IMG/VR virus record: IMGVR_UViG_3300007513_000026
Coordinates: 1-64,000 of that record
Source of the DNA: a virus
Length of the DNA: 64,000 bases
Strand: one strand, 5' to 3'
The notes beneath the pieces are model-generated. The model did no database searches. It saw only the letters and a program-made list of their open reading frames with translations, and had not been told where the DNA came from. Shown in pieces: positions 28,463 to 37,370 of this stretch (the first letter of the stretch is position 1; the number at the start of each line of letters is the position of its first letter). The translations under genes and the position numbers were made by a program.

Positions 28463-28738
28463 TTAGACAATTCCTATAACATAATTATCCAGGATTACAT
28501 TAAACTTCCCTTTGGGAGTGGTAATTTCTTCCACCATGCTGCGATCAACTATAATTTCGCAGTTTTCTGTGAGGAGTTCTGCGAACCGAACATCCTCTGA
28601 CCACGCTAACACCGTAGTCGTAAGGTGGCTGTCTTTGGTTGGTGCATAGTCATCTGGCAGAACGATGCCAGACGCTCTCTCGGCTGGCTTCGCTTCGGCC
28701 ACATTAATGTGAATGTACCGATTAACAGGTTTAAACAT
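28463..28738 (-). CDS. GroES-like co-chaperonin
   Basis: Start re-called at ATG 28738: MFKPVNRYIHI...ERASGIVLPD...VIGIV, 91 aa, with a GroES mobile-loop motif. Confidence 0.75.
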   Translation of the reverse strand: MFKPVNRYIHINVAEAKPAERASGIVLPDDYAPTKDSHLTTTVLAWSEDVRFAELLTENCEIIVDRSMVEEITTPKGKFNVILDNYVIGIV

Positions 28739-28961
28739 CTCCCACCTCTCGCGAAAGAATGTTTTGTTGAGTCTTGTATTCTTCTCTCGTGAGAAAAATA
28801 TCCTCCTTACATTCACACCTTTTGCAATACATGGAAACACAAATGTTATCTCCGCTAGTAGCCCACACGCGACCAGTAGGGCTCCAATGACATTCGCTCA
28901 AGTTTCTCTTCTTGCATATTGTTTTCTTTCTCTTGTCTTCTATCAAATAATTAAAGTTCAT
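28731..28961 (-). CDS. Small Zn-ribbon protein
   Basis: C..CHW and CKRC motifs. Confidence 0.55.
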   Translation of the reverse strand: MNFNYLIEDKRKKTICKKRNLSECHWSPTGRVWATSGDNICVSMYCKRCECKEDIFLTREEYKTQQNILSREVGDV

Positions 28962-28970
28962 CCTTACCTC

Positions 28971-30938
28971 TTAGATTGTACACGACTCACCATCACAAAA
29001 TTTAGTTCCACTTCCCTGTTCATCAGTTTTAAATCTATGAATTGGGCTAATGCTCTTTATGACCTTCTCGTATTCTTTTTGAGTAATAGGTTCATACGGA
29101 GCTTGTTTATATCCGGTCTCCTCATACTTCAAAAAAGAAACAGCCTTCAGCCTAGTTTCATACATTTCAAGTGCATACTTTAATTGCGATGCTTCCTCGG
29201 GTTTAAAAGTCACAGTGACCGACACAGAGTTATCGGCCCAGTAATACTGATACTGGGCGGCAATCTCTAGTTGCTCCCACATGCTGACATCTTGTTTGCT
29301 TTTCACGAAGTAAGGCTCGTGAACTGGAAACTCAACTACAACAGTGTTGGGGGAGTACGCGTCGTCCTCCATATTATAACCCGCTTCACGCAAAGTGTCA
29401 AGCAATTGTGAACCTTTAGAGAATCGAATACGACGAATATAGTATTCGCTCTCGGGGAAATGAATCCCTGGTGTTGAGCCATTCAGCAGCGAGACAGTGC
29501 CCGAAGGTTTAATTGAGGTTGTACGCACAGACTTTGGAATACACAGCCAGTTAGAATACTCTTCATCCAACTCAGCGATATAGTCATAAGCCTGGTTGCA
29601 CCAGCTATACAGAGTACGGCGGCCAAACTTATTGAACGCCTGGACAACGCCAGACTGTGACAGTCCGATGCGTCGGTTCTTCAACATCTTTGCGTTGGTC
29701 TCTGGCCAGTGTGTGTTAGAGAGTGTAATAGTTTTCCCATAAAGGTACGCGATCTTCAGCGTCTTACGGTAATCTTCGAAGTCTTCATGCTTAGCTGGAA
29801 AGGTTTCGACCAGGCAGCATAGCTCTGCGTCTTCTAACTGTTGTTCGACGCAAGGATTAAAGCCGGCAACGTTTATATCATCGAGACGTTCGCCATCCTT
29901 GAAGCGGCCACGGGTGCGTGCGTTGTCAAGCCAAATGTATCCTGGCTCTCCGTTCTTCTGGCTCTGCTCTGCATGCCAGGTATAGTCCATTCCCACTACG
30001 GCGTTGAAAGAATTGTTAGAACCCCACCGATGATGATAGAGTTTCTCTTGATCGTTCTTCATCTCCAAATAATACATGTCGTCATACTTGCCCATGGCCA
30101 ATGCGGCTGAGCGGCGAACGTTTCCTGCCACCACGCAACGACCGATGAGGTTCTCTGTGTCAACAATGTCCACAGACGTGATGGTCTCACCAATCTTGGA
30201 TGTATACATTTCTGTGAGATTTTCATGCAGTTCTTTAAGGGGATCTGGTCCGCTAGATGTTCCACCAAATCCGTGGATGGGTGCACCCAAGGGGCGGATA
30301 GCAGAATAGTCAAATCTGGGAATTTTTTGGCCGAAAAAAAATCCGTCCAACAACATATGAACCGAATTAACCCAACCCTCTCGGGAGTCATCAATCACAT
30401 GAAGGTCGTTTGTGTATTGGGGTTCTTCGATAGTGATGGTGCCGGCTCCCTCTGTGTCGAACCCTACGCCGATGCCCACCATTAACGCGTCCATCATCCA
30501 CGAAAACAGATAGCCTCCCTTCGTTGAAAGATCGCGAGTGGATCTGAACGCACAGTTAAACAGTCCTGCTGCAGTACGTTCCTCCACAAACTTGGTGCCC
30601 ATCATCCAGAGCCCTCGTCCTGGTGGTGTCCACTTCAAATTAAACAAACGGTCATAGGCATCCTTTGCGGTTGCCTGCGCCTTGTTGTCGATCCATTCGA
30701 GCCCCAACAAGAAAACATGCTGCTTCTGCATGTTGAACATGCCTTCGATGACACGGCGACAGGTCTGCCACCACTCCTCGGTGCCGGTGGCCTCCGGATC
30801 AAACTCGCTTAAGCGGCGAGCATAGGTGCGCTTAAACGTCACATATCCCAATGGACCCCATGGTACCTCTTGGGTTTTATAGGGTTCGATAAATGTATCT
30901 GATAAGCGGAAGCGGCGGATGTTCTGTAGGGTTCTCAT
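28971..30938 (-). CDS. nrdJ: Class II (adenosylcobalamin-dependent) monomeric ribonucleotide reductase
   Basis: PPGRGLW, FNC, GNVRRSA, NPCVEQ, IKPSGT and C-terminal FCDGESC. Confidence 0.93.
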   Translation of the reverse strand: MRTLQNIRRFRLSDTFIEPYKTQEVPWGPLGYVTFKRTYARRLSEFDPEATGTEEWWQTCRRVIEGMFNMQKQHVFLLGLEWIDNKAQATAKDAYDRLFNLKWTPPGRGLWMMGTKFVEERTAAGLFNCAFRSTRDLSTKGGYLFSWMMDALMVGIGVGFDTEGAGTITIEEPQYTNDLHVIDDSREGWVNSVHMLLDGFFFGQKIPRFDYSAIRPLGAPIHGFGGTSSGPDPLKELHENLTEMYTSKIGETITSVDIVDTENLIGRCVVAGNVRRSAALAMGKYDDMYYLEMKNDQEKLYHHRWGSNNSFNAVVGMDYTWHAEQSQKNGEPGYIWLDNARTRGRFKDGERLDDINVAGFNPCVEQQLEDAELCCLVETFPAKHEDFEDYRKTLKIAYLYGKTITLSNTHWPETNAKMLKNRRIGLSQSGVVQAFNKFGRRTLYSWCNQAYDYIAELDEEYSNWLCIPKSVRTTSIKPSGTVSLLNGSTPGIHFPESEYYIRRIRFSKGSQLLDTLREAGYNMEDDAYSPNTVVVEFPVHEPYFVKSKQDVSMWEQLEIAAQYQYYWADNSVSVTVTFKPEEASQLKYALEMYETRLKAVSFLKYEETGYKQAPYEPITQKEYEKVIKSISPIHRFKTDEQGSGTKFCDGESCTI

Positions 30939-30940
30939 GT

Positions 30941-32329
30941 TTAAATTCCTTTCTTCTTAAGTTTCGTATATTTTCTTTGTAGTAATTCCTTCTGCATGGA
31001 TGGATCGAGAGTCACTGGGTTAAGAGGCACCTTTCCATTTTGCATGTGAGGATTATTTTTGGGCAGGATTCTAATCTTTACGTTAGAGGTGTCCATAAGT
31101 ATGGGATAAATCATACCGTCTGGCCCATTTCTGTTTTTCGCTATAAAAATCTTTCCTAAGTTCTTTTGTTTATCCTCGATTGTTCTCGATACCGAGAAGA
31201 TAAAGTCAGCCACAAAGCACTTATTAAATGCTTCGGAGATTTGTTCCATGGTGATCACTTCAGCATTTAAGCCAGAGCGATTTGTTTGAGACGCTGTCCA
31301 AATAGGACAACTAAACTCCGTGGACAGAGAACGCAGTTCTTCATAAATTGATTCCAGTTCGTTGCGCTTTTCTTTGCGCGCCTGTACGGGCTTAAGCAAG
31401 TCCGCATAATCCACCACAATCATTCCTGGCTTAATCCCACGCTTTACCAGACGCGATAGATGTGCGCGGATGGTATTAGTGGAAGCCGACTTGGTGGGAT
31501 ATTCTTTAATGATCAGAGAGCCTGGCAGAGATTTGACTTCATCATAAACTTCTTCCTTGAAATTAATAATATCAGAAAGCGGATAGCCTGTTAAGCAACT
31601 ATCGTAGCGATTTGCAATAACTGTGTCTTGTAGTTCCAAAGTGTAATGGATAACTGTCTTTCCGTCTTTTAGTGCTTCGGTGCCTAGATGCACCAATACC
31701 ATTGACTTGCCCGCGCCCGTTGGAGCAATGACGACGCCCAGTTCGCTCTTCCCTAAGCCACCACCACACAGGTTGTCCATGTCAGACCAACCAGTAGAAA
31801 CAGGATTACGATGCTTGGGAACAAACCTCTTCTCGAAGTCTGCCACGTAATCATAACCAAAATTGTTTTCGGACCCCAGCTTAAGTGCGTCATTGATCGT
31901 CTTAGATATCTCATCGAAAGAACAGTTCTGCAAAAGGTTTACTGACTTAAGCATGGCCTCTTTAAGGTTTTGCTTGCGGCAGAAATCCAACGAGGCTTCT
32001 TTGATGTAGTCGATGTCTGTGAGTTCTCGGTTATGAATCCGGTGAAAGTAATCTCTCACCTGCTGTTGCACCACCTCGTCTTCGTTTTCTAACTCGGTGC
32101 GCAGGATGGTCATCACGGCTTCAACCGATGGGTGCTTGTTGTACTTCGCGCGATAAGAAATGATCTTATGCACAAACACCTTCAAATATTCTAGCTCTAA
32201 AAATCTGATGTCTAGTACTTCTGTGATTTGATCAGCGAATGGCCGGTCCTCAAAAATTAATTGTACGAGTCCTTCTTGAAAAGCTTTTCCATACCTTCCA
32301 AAATTCGCGCTTTCAGCGGTTGCTAACAT
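30941..32329 (-). CDS. DnaB-family replicative helicase
   Basis: APTGAGKS, VVDYADL, ASQTNR and KNRNG motifs. Confidence 0.93.
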   Translation of the reverse strand: MLATAESANFGRYGKAFQEGLVQLIFEDRPFADQITEVLDIRFLELEYLKVFVHKIISYRAKYNKHPSVEAVMTILRTELENEDEVVQQQVRDYFHRIHNRELTDIDYIKEASLDFCRKQNLKEAMLKSVNLLQNCSFDEISKTINDALKLGSENNFGYDYVADFEKRFVPKHRNPVSTGWSDMDNLCGGGLGKSELGVVIAPTGAGKSMVLVHLGTEALKDGKTVIHYTLELQDTVIANRYDSCLTGYPLSDIINFKEEVYDEVKSLPGSLIIKEYPTKSASTNTIRAHLSRLVKRGIKPGMIVVDYADLLKPVQARKEKRNELESIYEELRSLSTEFSCPIWTASQTNRSGLNAEVITMEQISEAFNKCFVADFIFSVSRTIEDKQKNLGKIFIAKNRNGPDGMIYPILMDTSNVKIRILPKNNPHMQNGKVPLNPVTLDPSMQKELLQRKYTKLKKKGI

Positions 32330-32349
32330 GTATGCCCTCTTTATAGTGT

Positions 32350-32378
32350 ATTATAACAGCTTAACGATAAACTGTCAA
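32350..32378 (-). promoter_or_regulatory. Sigma70-type promoter
   Basis: TTGACA (32378-32373), 17 nt, TATAAT (32355-32350). Confidence 0.85.
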
Positions 32379-33349
32379 TCTTTATCGCCTGTGTTGCAGT
32401 TGTAGGTGATGCGATTTAAATTAGTTCGCAGGTCTTCCCAATTAAGTTCCCCAAACCCATCTTCTCTCATCATCCGTATAACTTCAGTTTTATTAAACGT
32501 GCACTCGAAGCCCTCCACTGCCTCTTTAACCGTCATTTTAGATTGAAAAGACATCTGAGGAGCGTACAATTGCATCATGCTATAATTATGTTCGATGACT
32601 TCCTTTCCCTCCAGAATATTAGAAAAGAATTTGAGTTTACTGTTTGTTTTCTCACAAAAATCTATAACCTCTTGAATTGTATAAGATTTCTCAGCCGACA
32701 AAAAATTAAGTCTTTTTGCTACCGTCGCAAACCCGGCGCCCTTGATACCTGGGAGATTATCTGAAGAGTCTCCAATGATCGCACGGGCCAATGCCATGTT
32801 GGTTGGGTGTACGCCGGTGCGCTCAACAATGCGACTTTTGTTTAACAGTTCGTTCTGGGTAGGCCGAAGCAACACTGTCTCTTCATCGCATAGTTGCATG
32901 AAATCCTTATCATTAGATACAATAACCTTTTGCCATCCCTTGTAGTAATCCATCTGGGTCACATAAGCAATCACATCATCAGCTTCGATCTCTGGAAGGA
33001 TTGTTTGCACAATGGGCATCTCATTCAGATACTCCATGATGCGCGTTTGTTGCCACATTTTATTTTTAAGCTCTTCATCCTCTGTCAAGTTATGGAAAGC
33101 CCGATTCAAACGCAAAGGTTTGCGTCCTGCTTTATAATTCTTGTCCATAGTTTTGCGCTTCTGGGAACCATTCGGCCCATCCCAACAAATAATAATCTCG
33201 TCAGGTTTGGTTTCTCGCACAAGCTTCTGAAGGATTTTAATGAATCCTTTTAAACCTCCGATGGGCTGACCATTTGAGGACAAACTCGGATCTACAATGT
33301 AAGCTCGTAGATAGGCGTTCAGCGCATCAATAATCAGTACTCTTTTCAT
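32375..33349 (-). CDS. 5'-3' exonuclease / flap endonuclease (T4 RNase H-like)
   Basis: LIIDA, YKAGR, EADDVI, SNDKD and GDSSDNLPGIKG. Start re-called at MKRVL. Confidence 0.92.
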   Translation of the reverse strand: MKRVLIIDALNAYLRAYIVDPSLSSNGQPIGGLKGFIKILQKLVRETKPDEIIICWDGPNGSQKRKTMDKNYKAGRKPLRLNRAFHNLTEDEELKNKMWQQTRIMEYLNEMPIVQTILPEIEADDVIAYVTQMDYYKGWQKVIVSNDKDFMQLCDEETVLLRPTQNELLNKSRIVERTGVHPTNMALARAIIGDSSDNLPGIKGAGFATVAKRLNFLSAEKSYTIQEVIDFCEKTNSKLKFFSNILEGKEVIEHNYSMMQLYAPQMSFQSKMTVKEAVEGFECTFNKTEVIRMMREDGFGELNWEDLRTNLNRITYNCNTGDKD

Positions 33350-33515
33350 TTTTCTCTCCTGTGTCGTCACAGATTATGTTACCGCTCTCGTCAAGCGGCG
33401 GAAATTCTTCGTGTCCGGTATCACTTGGACACCAGCAGTTGGGTCCGCCAGGACATTGATTGTTGAGGGGATTAAGCCCCATCTCACATGCCCAAAGCAA
33501 CACCCATATAATCAC
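33327..33515 (-). CDS. Putative small Cys-rich lipoprotein
   Basis: GTG start 5 nt after GGGAGG, MIIWVLLWAC lipobox-like sequence, and two DTG motifs. Confidence 0.45.
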   Translation of the reverse strand: MIIWVLLWACEMGLNPLNNQCPGGPNCWCPSDTGHEEFPPLDESGNIICDDTGEKNEKSTDY

Positions 33516-33565
33516 AAAAACCTCCCGATCAGTTTTATTATAACCAATCGGGAGGCTTAAGTCAA
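33516..33565 (-). promoter_or_regulatory. Terminator hairpin with a sigma70 -10 box in its loop
   Basis: TTGACT (33565-33560), 17 nt, TATAAT (33542-33537). Arms CCTCCCGAT/ATCGGGAGG flank the -10 box and are followed by TTTTT. Confidence 0.75.
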
Positions 33566-33582
33566 GTGTTAACTAAATTATT

Positions 33583-33843
33583 TTAGAGATGGATACTGAT
33601 CTCCCAGTGTCCCCGGATCCACCGACCGCTCAGCCAGTGGCCACGTTTCCAGATCCACACAACGCCATCATGATCAGCATAATACTTGTGACCGTCGTGG
33701 CGATAAGGGCGAGGCTTAGGTCGCGGGGCGGGTCGCACATGATGGTGCTTCGGTGGTGGTGCGGGCTTCGCGTGCCTGTGCTTGTGGTGTGCATCTGCAG
33801 TTTGCATACCTGCTAAAAACATTAGCATAAACAAATTTGTCAT
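33583..33843 (-). CDS. Secreted His/Pro-rich protein with WxxGHW repeats
   Basis: Signal peptide ending ADA, then HHKHRH..PAPPP and WKRGHW / WIRGHW. Confidence 0.65.
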   Translation of the reverse strand: MTNLFMLMFLAGMQTADAHHKHRHAKPAPPPKHHHVRPAPRPKPRPYRHDGHKYYADHDGVVWIWKRGHWLSGRWIRGHWEISIHL

Positions 33844-33860
33844 TTTAAATTTCTCCTAGA

Positions 33861-35012
33861 TTAATCTTTAAGAGGTACTGTCAAATCTTCAGGCTCTGAA
33901 TAAAATGCGTCAGCATTTCCTTCGCGGCGATCAAACTTCTGAACAATCTCCTCATCCATTAGACGTATGACATGCTCTTTAAATTCAATGTCAGATGTAA
34001 TTAGTTGTGACCACTTTGAAGGTTGAAACTTTTTCGTATATCCCTCGGGCATCGTGAGTGTGTACCACGCACCTGCGCTGGTAAGACATTCGGATCCCTT
34101 GATTGCATCAAACCAGCTTTCTTCGTCTCGAATGCCAATCTCCTCCGTACCCCAGAGGATGCGGAAAGCGCATGAACGCCCTTGTGTTCCGAAGCGCGAC
34201 TTCTCCAGCTTGCACTTCACCTCGGATCCGATCCGGAAACCTTTGTCGTCTTCAATGAAAGATGCCTTAGACTTACGACCGGTCAACCAGATGCGAAGAG
34301 AATATGAATAGTGCATAGCCTTCCCGCCTGGTGTGGTGTAGGGTGTTGTCATCGCAACAATGCGAGCGTTCGGCCCTTGAGGGATGTTGGTCTTCAACTG
34401 ATTAAGAACAATCAGCGTAGCTTGCCTATCAGCGATAGGAATAACCAGCTTAGACATTCCCTTTGCGAGGATGCGTGCCTTCACTGCCATCGAAGACTGC
34501 GGGTTAAAGTCACCTTCTACGTCTGAGACAGACGGAGTGAATGCCAGAGAGTCCCAGATAAAAACCAATTGATCTTCAGTGGCGCCCAGCAACTCTTCGA
34601 TTGTCTCCAAGACGAACTCGACAGACGATGCTTGGACGTACATTAAACGGGCCAGGTCGCACCCTGTTCGCTCCAAAAAGCTTGGGTCGATAGCTGACTC
34701 GGAATCAAAATATACAACAAGCTTGCCCTGTTTCTGGGCGTTTGCAGCGACTTGTGCTGCCATGTATGACTTGCCTGTAGACTCTAAGCCTGCGATTTCT
34801 GTAACCTTTCCGACAGGAATGCCTCCCATTTGGCCTTTGCAGATGATTGAGTCCAGCCAGCGTGAGCCGGTGGGAATCCACTCCTTGACAGCCGTGGGGT
34901 TATCACCCGTTAGATCATGCGCAACGTTGCGGCCCGCCTTCTTGTTGACGAGCTTCATTAGGTCTTGGATTGCTACGCGTCCTGCTTTTGCGGATTGTGC
35001 TTTTCTTGCCAT
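33861..35012 (-). CDS. recA: RecA/UvsX recombinase
   Basis: GLESTGKS, DSE, WDS, NQL, PGGKA and KSRF motifs. Start re-called at MARKAQ. Confidence 0.93.
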   Translation of the reverse strand: MARKAQSAKAGRVAIQDLMKLVNKKAGRNVAHDLTGDNPTAVKEWIPTGSRWLDSIICKGQMGGIPVGKVTEIAGLESTGKSYMAAQVAANAQKQGKLVVYFDSESAIDPSFLERTGCDLARLMYVQASSVEFVLETIEELLGATEDQLVFIWDSLAFTPSVSDVEGDFNPQSSMAVKARILAKGMSKLVIPIADRQATLIVLNQLKTNIPQGPNARIVAMTTPYTTPGGKAMHYSYSLRIWLTGRKSKASFIEDDKGFRIGSEVKCKLEKSRFGTQGRSCAFRILWGTEEIGIRDEESWFDAIKGSECLTSAGAWYTLTMPEGYTKKFQPSKWSQLITSDIEFKEHVIRLMDEEIVQKFDRREGNADAFYSEPEDLTVPLKD

Positions 35013-35154
35013 TAACTTCTCCTTTTGGCTGTAAAAGTTTCTTATGTCTTGCACAATAATTGTGCTTACGATTGCATGTTTTAGATCGGCAAGGATTCTC
35101 GGTGTAGTATCCACCACAATCGAGATGTCCTAAGATCTTGTTCCACTTATTCAT
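34915..35154 (-). CDS. Possible small Cys/His protein overlapping the recA start
   Basis: Contains C..C..C..C..H. The ATG lies 7 nt past a -10 box. The ~100-nt overlap with recA weakens the call. Confidence 0.3.
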   Translation of the reverse strand: MNKWNKILGHLDCGGYYTENPCRSKTCNRKHNYCARHKKLLQPKGEVNGKKSTIRKSRTRSNPRPNEARQQEGGPQRCA

Positions 35155-35160
35155 TCTACT

Positions 35161-35189
35161 ATGTTACCTCAAACAGGGCTGTTTGTCAA
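35161..35189 (-). promoter_or_regulatory. Sigma70-type promoter upstream of recA
   Basis: TTGACA (35189-35184), 17 nt, TAACAT. Confidence 0.6.
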
Positions 35190-36038
35190 GTTCGTAATAA
35201 TGATTTCTGAGGATTCTTTTGATTTGTTCATTCCATAAGTCCATTCAGCATCATAAATCTTATAGTCTCGATATAAAGATCTGATCTCTTCACAGTTATT
35301 ATAAGATAAGATCCAGTTCTTTCTCTCACGCAAAATAGAGAACAAAGCCAGATGCGGAAAGCATCTATGCATATCCCCCTCATCCCCATAGAGACTGTTC
35401 CTGGTACCCTCTAAAAAATAAGGTGGATCCAAGTAAAAAAGACAGTCATGCTTCTTCATTGCATATTTAAAATCGGCATGCCTAACGATAAGATTTTGAA
35501 CTTGAAAGTTTCGTATATATTCTATTTGCTGATCGGTAAACCTAGCATATGAAGCCCTCTCTGAAAAACCCCCACCAAAGGTCGCCCCTGAAAAACTGCT
35601 ACGATTAATAGCATAAACCTTCGCTGCGGCCTCAAATGTGAAAGGGTGGTTTGCCCGCAGAGCAAATCTTATCTCCTCTCTAAATCTTATGAAATCCTTT
35701 TTAGGAAGCCCTCGGGCTGAGATTTTGATTTCCTCATACGGGTTACCGGTTTTCTTGTTGGTTCCGGGTTTCGTATATTTGTATGTTTTGCGGCGACGGT
35801 ACATCTCCGCCAAGGTTGCCAGACGATTAGGATCTTTTAACAGAGCGGTCCAAAACCAGATCAAAGGCTTGAATCCGTCATAAGCATGTACGGTTATTCC
35901 CTTCTCGGCCAAAGCAAGTTCAAACGAACCACCCCCGAGAAAGGGGGAGCAAAGCTCCCCACAATCATCGGGAATAAATTCCATCAACGTCTTAACCGCG
36001 CGAGATTTACCGCCAGGGTAACGCAGTGGTGATTTCAT
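35169..36038 (-). CDS. D12-class DNA adenine methyltransferase (Dam-like), motifs intact
   Basis: LRYPGGKS, PFLGGGS, YLDPPY and ILSYNN motifs. Confidence 0.93.
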   Translation of the reverse strand: MKSPLRYPGGKSRAVKTLMEFIPDDCGELCSPFLGGGSFELALAEKGITVHAYDGFKPLIWFWTALLKDPNRLATLAEMYRRRKTYKYTKPGTNKKTGNPYEEIKISARGLPKKDFIRFREEIRFALRANHPFTFEAAAKVYAINRSSFSGATFGGGFSERASYARFTDQQIEYIRNFQVQNLIVRHADFKYAMKKHDCLFYLDPPYFLEGTRNSLYGDEGDMHRCFPHLALFSILRERKNWILSYNNCEEIRSLYRDYKIYDAEWTYGMNKSKESSEIIITNLTNSPV

Positions 36039-37174
36039 TAGTACTTATCAACCGGCACCAAGTGGTGTCCATTGATTTTGTGATTTTGGACGATTTGCGG
36101 AAGGGCGCCCATGAAAATAAATGGACGCGTCTCCGGAATTTCCAACTTAACCACTGCTGGAAGTTGGCTCATGACCACTTCCCAAGAGTCGCGGTACAAG
36201 TTTTCAACGTATTCCATCGATTTCTTAAGCCCTGCGCGCGCTGCGGTTGGGCTATAGTCAGTAGTGTAGAAGATGAGATTCACGGGCTCCCGACCGTTCT
36301 TCAAAGCATCGCGGACATGTCGCCATGCGCGCTCAGCATACGTCTCATTATCAGCCATGTTGATCAGAACGAAATCAGCTTTTGCCAAACCAAGATTCGT
36401 GGTAATCCACTTTTCAGCATCAGTTTTGCTAAGACTCCAGATAAGACTGGAATCAATCTTGGAGCGTTCCAAGATCTTATTCTTAATCTTGGTGATAGTG
36501 CCGCCTCGACTGTTATCGATCACGTTGTCAATCTTGACTTCCCTATATAGCCAATTATCAATTGCTTGTATATCAGCTTCAAGTTCTCCCTTGGCAATCA
36601 GGCCAACACCAGCGTTCACATAGTCATCGAAAACTGACATATAGACTGGCTTCTTCTGATTAGCACGCAAACCATTAGTCACAGTATTGCGGTCAGATGT
36701 GTCGGACCGACTATATCGCGCAATTGGCATCCAGCGTTCTCCATTCTTTATCGCAGCCTTAATGCGACCTCGACCTTCTAATGGATTATCATCGGTGTCA
36801 ATACACGGCGGAAACTCCGACATGTCATAACCACGACGGCTGAATGACACACGAAAACTATCAATGCGATTGTCTGCGTCATCCACCGCGCGAATACCGA
36901 TGTTCTTCCAGTTAGCGTCATTTAGATCAACTGTCGTAAGATCCAACCAACCAAACTCAATGAACTTTGCGTCCTTAAAATCAATCTTGGGGAGTTTTTC
37001 CAACTCATCAAGATTAATTGTTCCTCGGTTGTTGAATCCTGTGCGGATTTTCGGGGTGCCATTGTTAATGTCAACAACTTCTCCTTCGGAGTCTGTATAG
37101 ATATCTCCTTGAAGATCGTTAACGTTCACGATGCTGATGTTGGCGTCAGCGGCGCCTTTCTTATTATTGCTCAT
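36038..37174 (-). CDS. ParB/Srx N-domain-containing protein
   Basis: PPCID...LEGRGRIKAA...MPI followed by AN. Start re-called at MSNNKKG with GAGGAAA RBS. Confidence 0.6.
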   Translation of the reverse strand: MSNNKKGAADANISIVNVNDLQGDIYTDSEGEVVDINNGTPKIRTGFNNRGTINLDELEKLPKIDFKDAKFIEFGWLDLTTVDLNDANWKNIGIRAVDDADNRIDSFRVSFSRRGYDMSEFPPCIDTDDNPLEGRGRIKAAIKNGERWMPIARYSRSDTSDRNTVTNGLRANQKKPVYMSVFDDYVNAGVGLIAKGELEADIQAIDNWLYREVKIDNVIDNSRGGTITKIKNKILERSKIDSSLIWSLSKTDAEKWITTNLGLAKADFVLINMADNETYAERAWRHVRDALKNGREPVNLIFYTTDYSPTAARAGLKKSMEYVENLYRDSWEVVMSQLPAVVKLEIPETRPFIFMGALPQIVQNHKINGHHLVPVDKY

Positions 37175-37274
37175 TATTAATTTCCTCGGCCAGTGGCCTG
37201 TATTATAAGTGCGGTAGCCGTAGCAATTGCACTTTTGTGTAACCTCGGTGACCATCGTCACTTTGGATATTCTT

Positions 37275-37303
37275 AATATATCAAACTTTCTTTACGTTGT
37301 CAA
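37275..37303 (-). promoter_or_regulatory. Sigma70-type promoter
   Basis: TTGACA (37303-37298), 17 nt, TATATT (37280-37275). Confidence 0.75.
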
Positions 37304-37313
37304 GAACTTTTTT

Positions 37314-37350
37314 AAAAAAAGTAGGCAGACTATTTGCAAGCCGGTCTGCC
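37314..37350 (-). terminator. Intrinsic terminator after the SSB gene
   Basis: GGCAGAC...GTCTGCC stem followed by a T tract. Confidence 0.7.
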
Positions 37351-37370
37351 AGCGGCACCCGTGAGTCGTC

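Noticed and set aside
22121-35012. Inteins or introns in dnaE, nrdJ, the helicase or recA
   Set aside because: Lengths are ordinary, motifs are contiguous, and no splice-junction or LAGLIDADG motifs were seen.
37175-37270. Possible tRNA in the structured intergenic region
   Set aside because: There is no cloverleaf, T-loop GTTC or acceptor stem. It is treated as a 5' leader.
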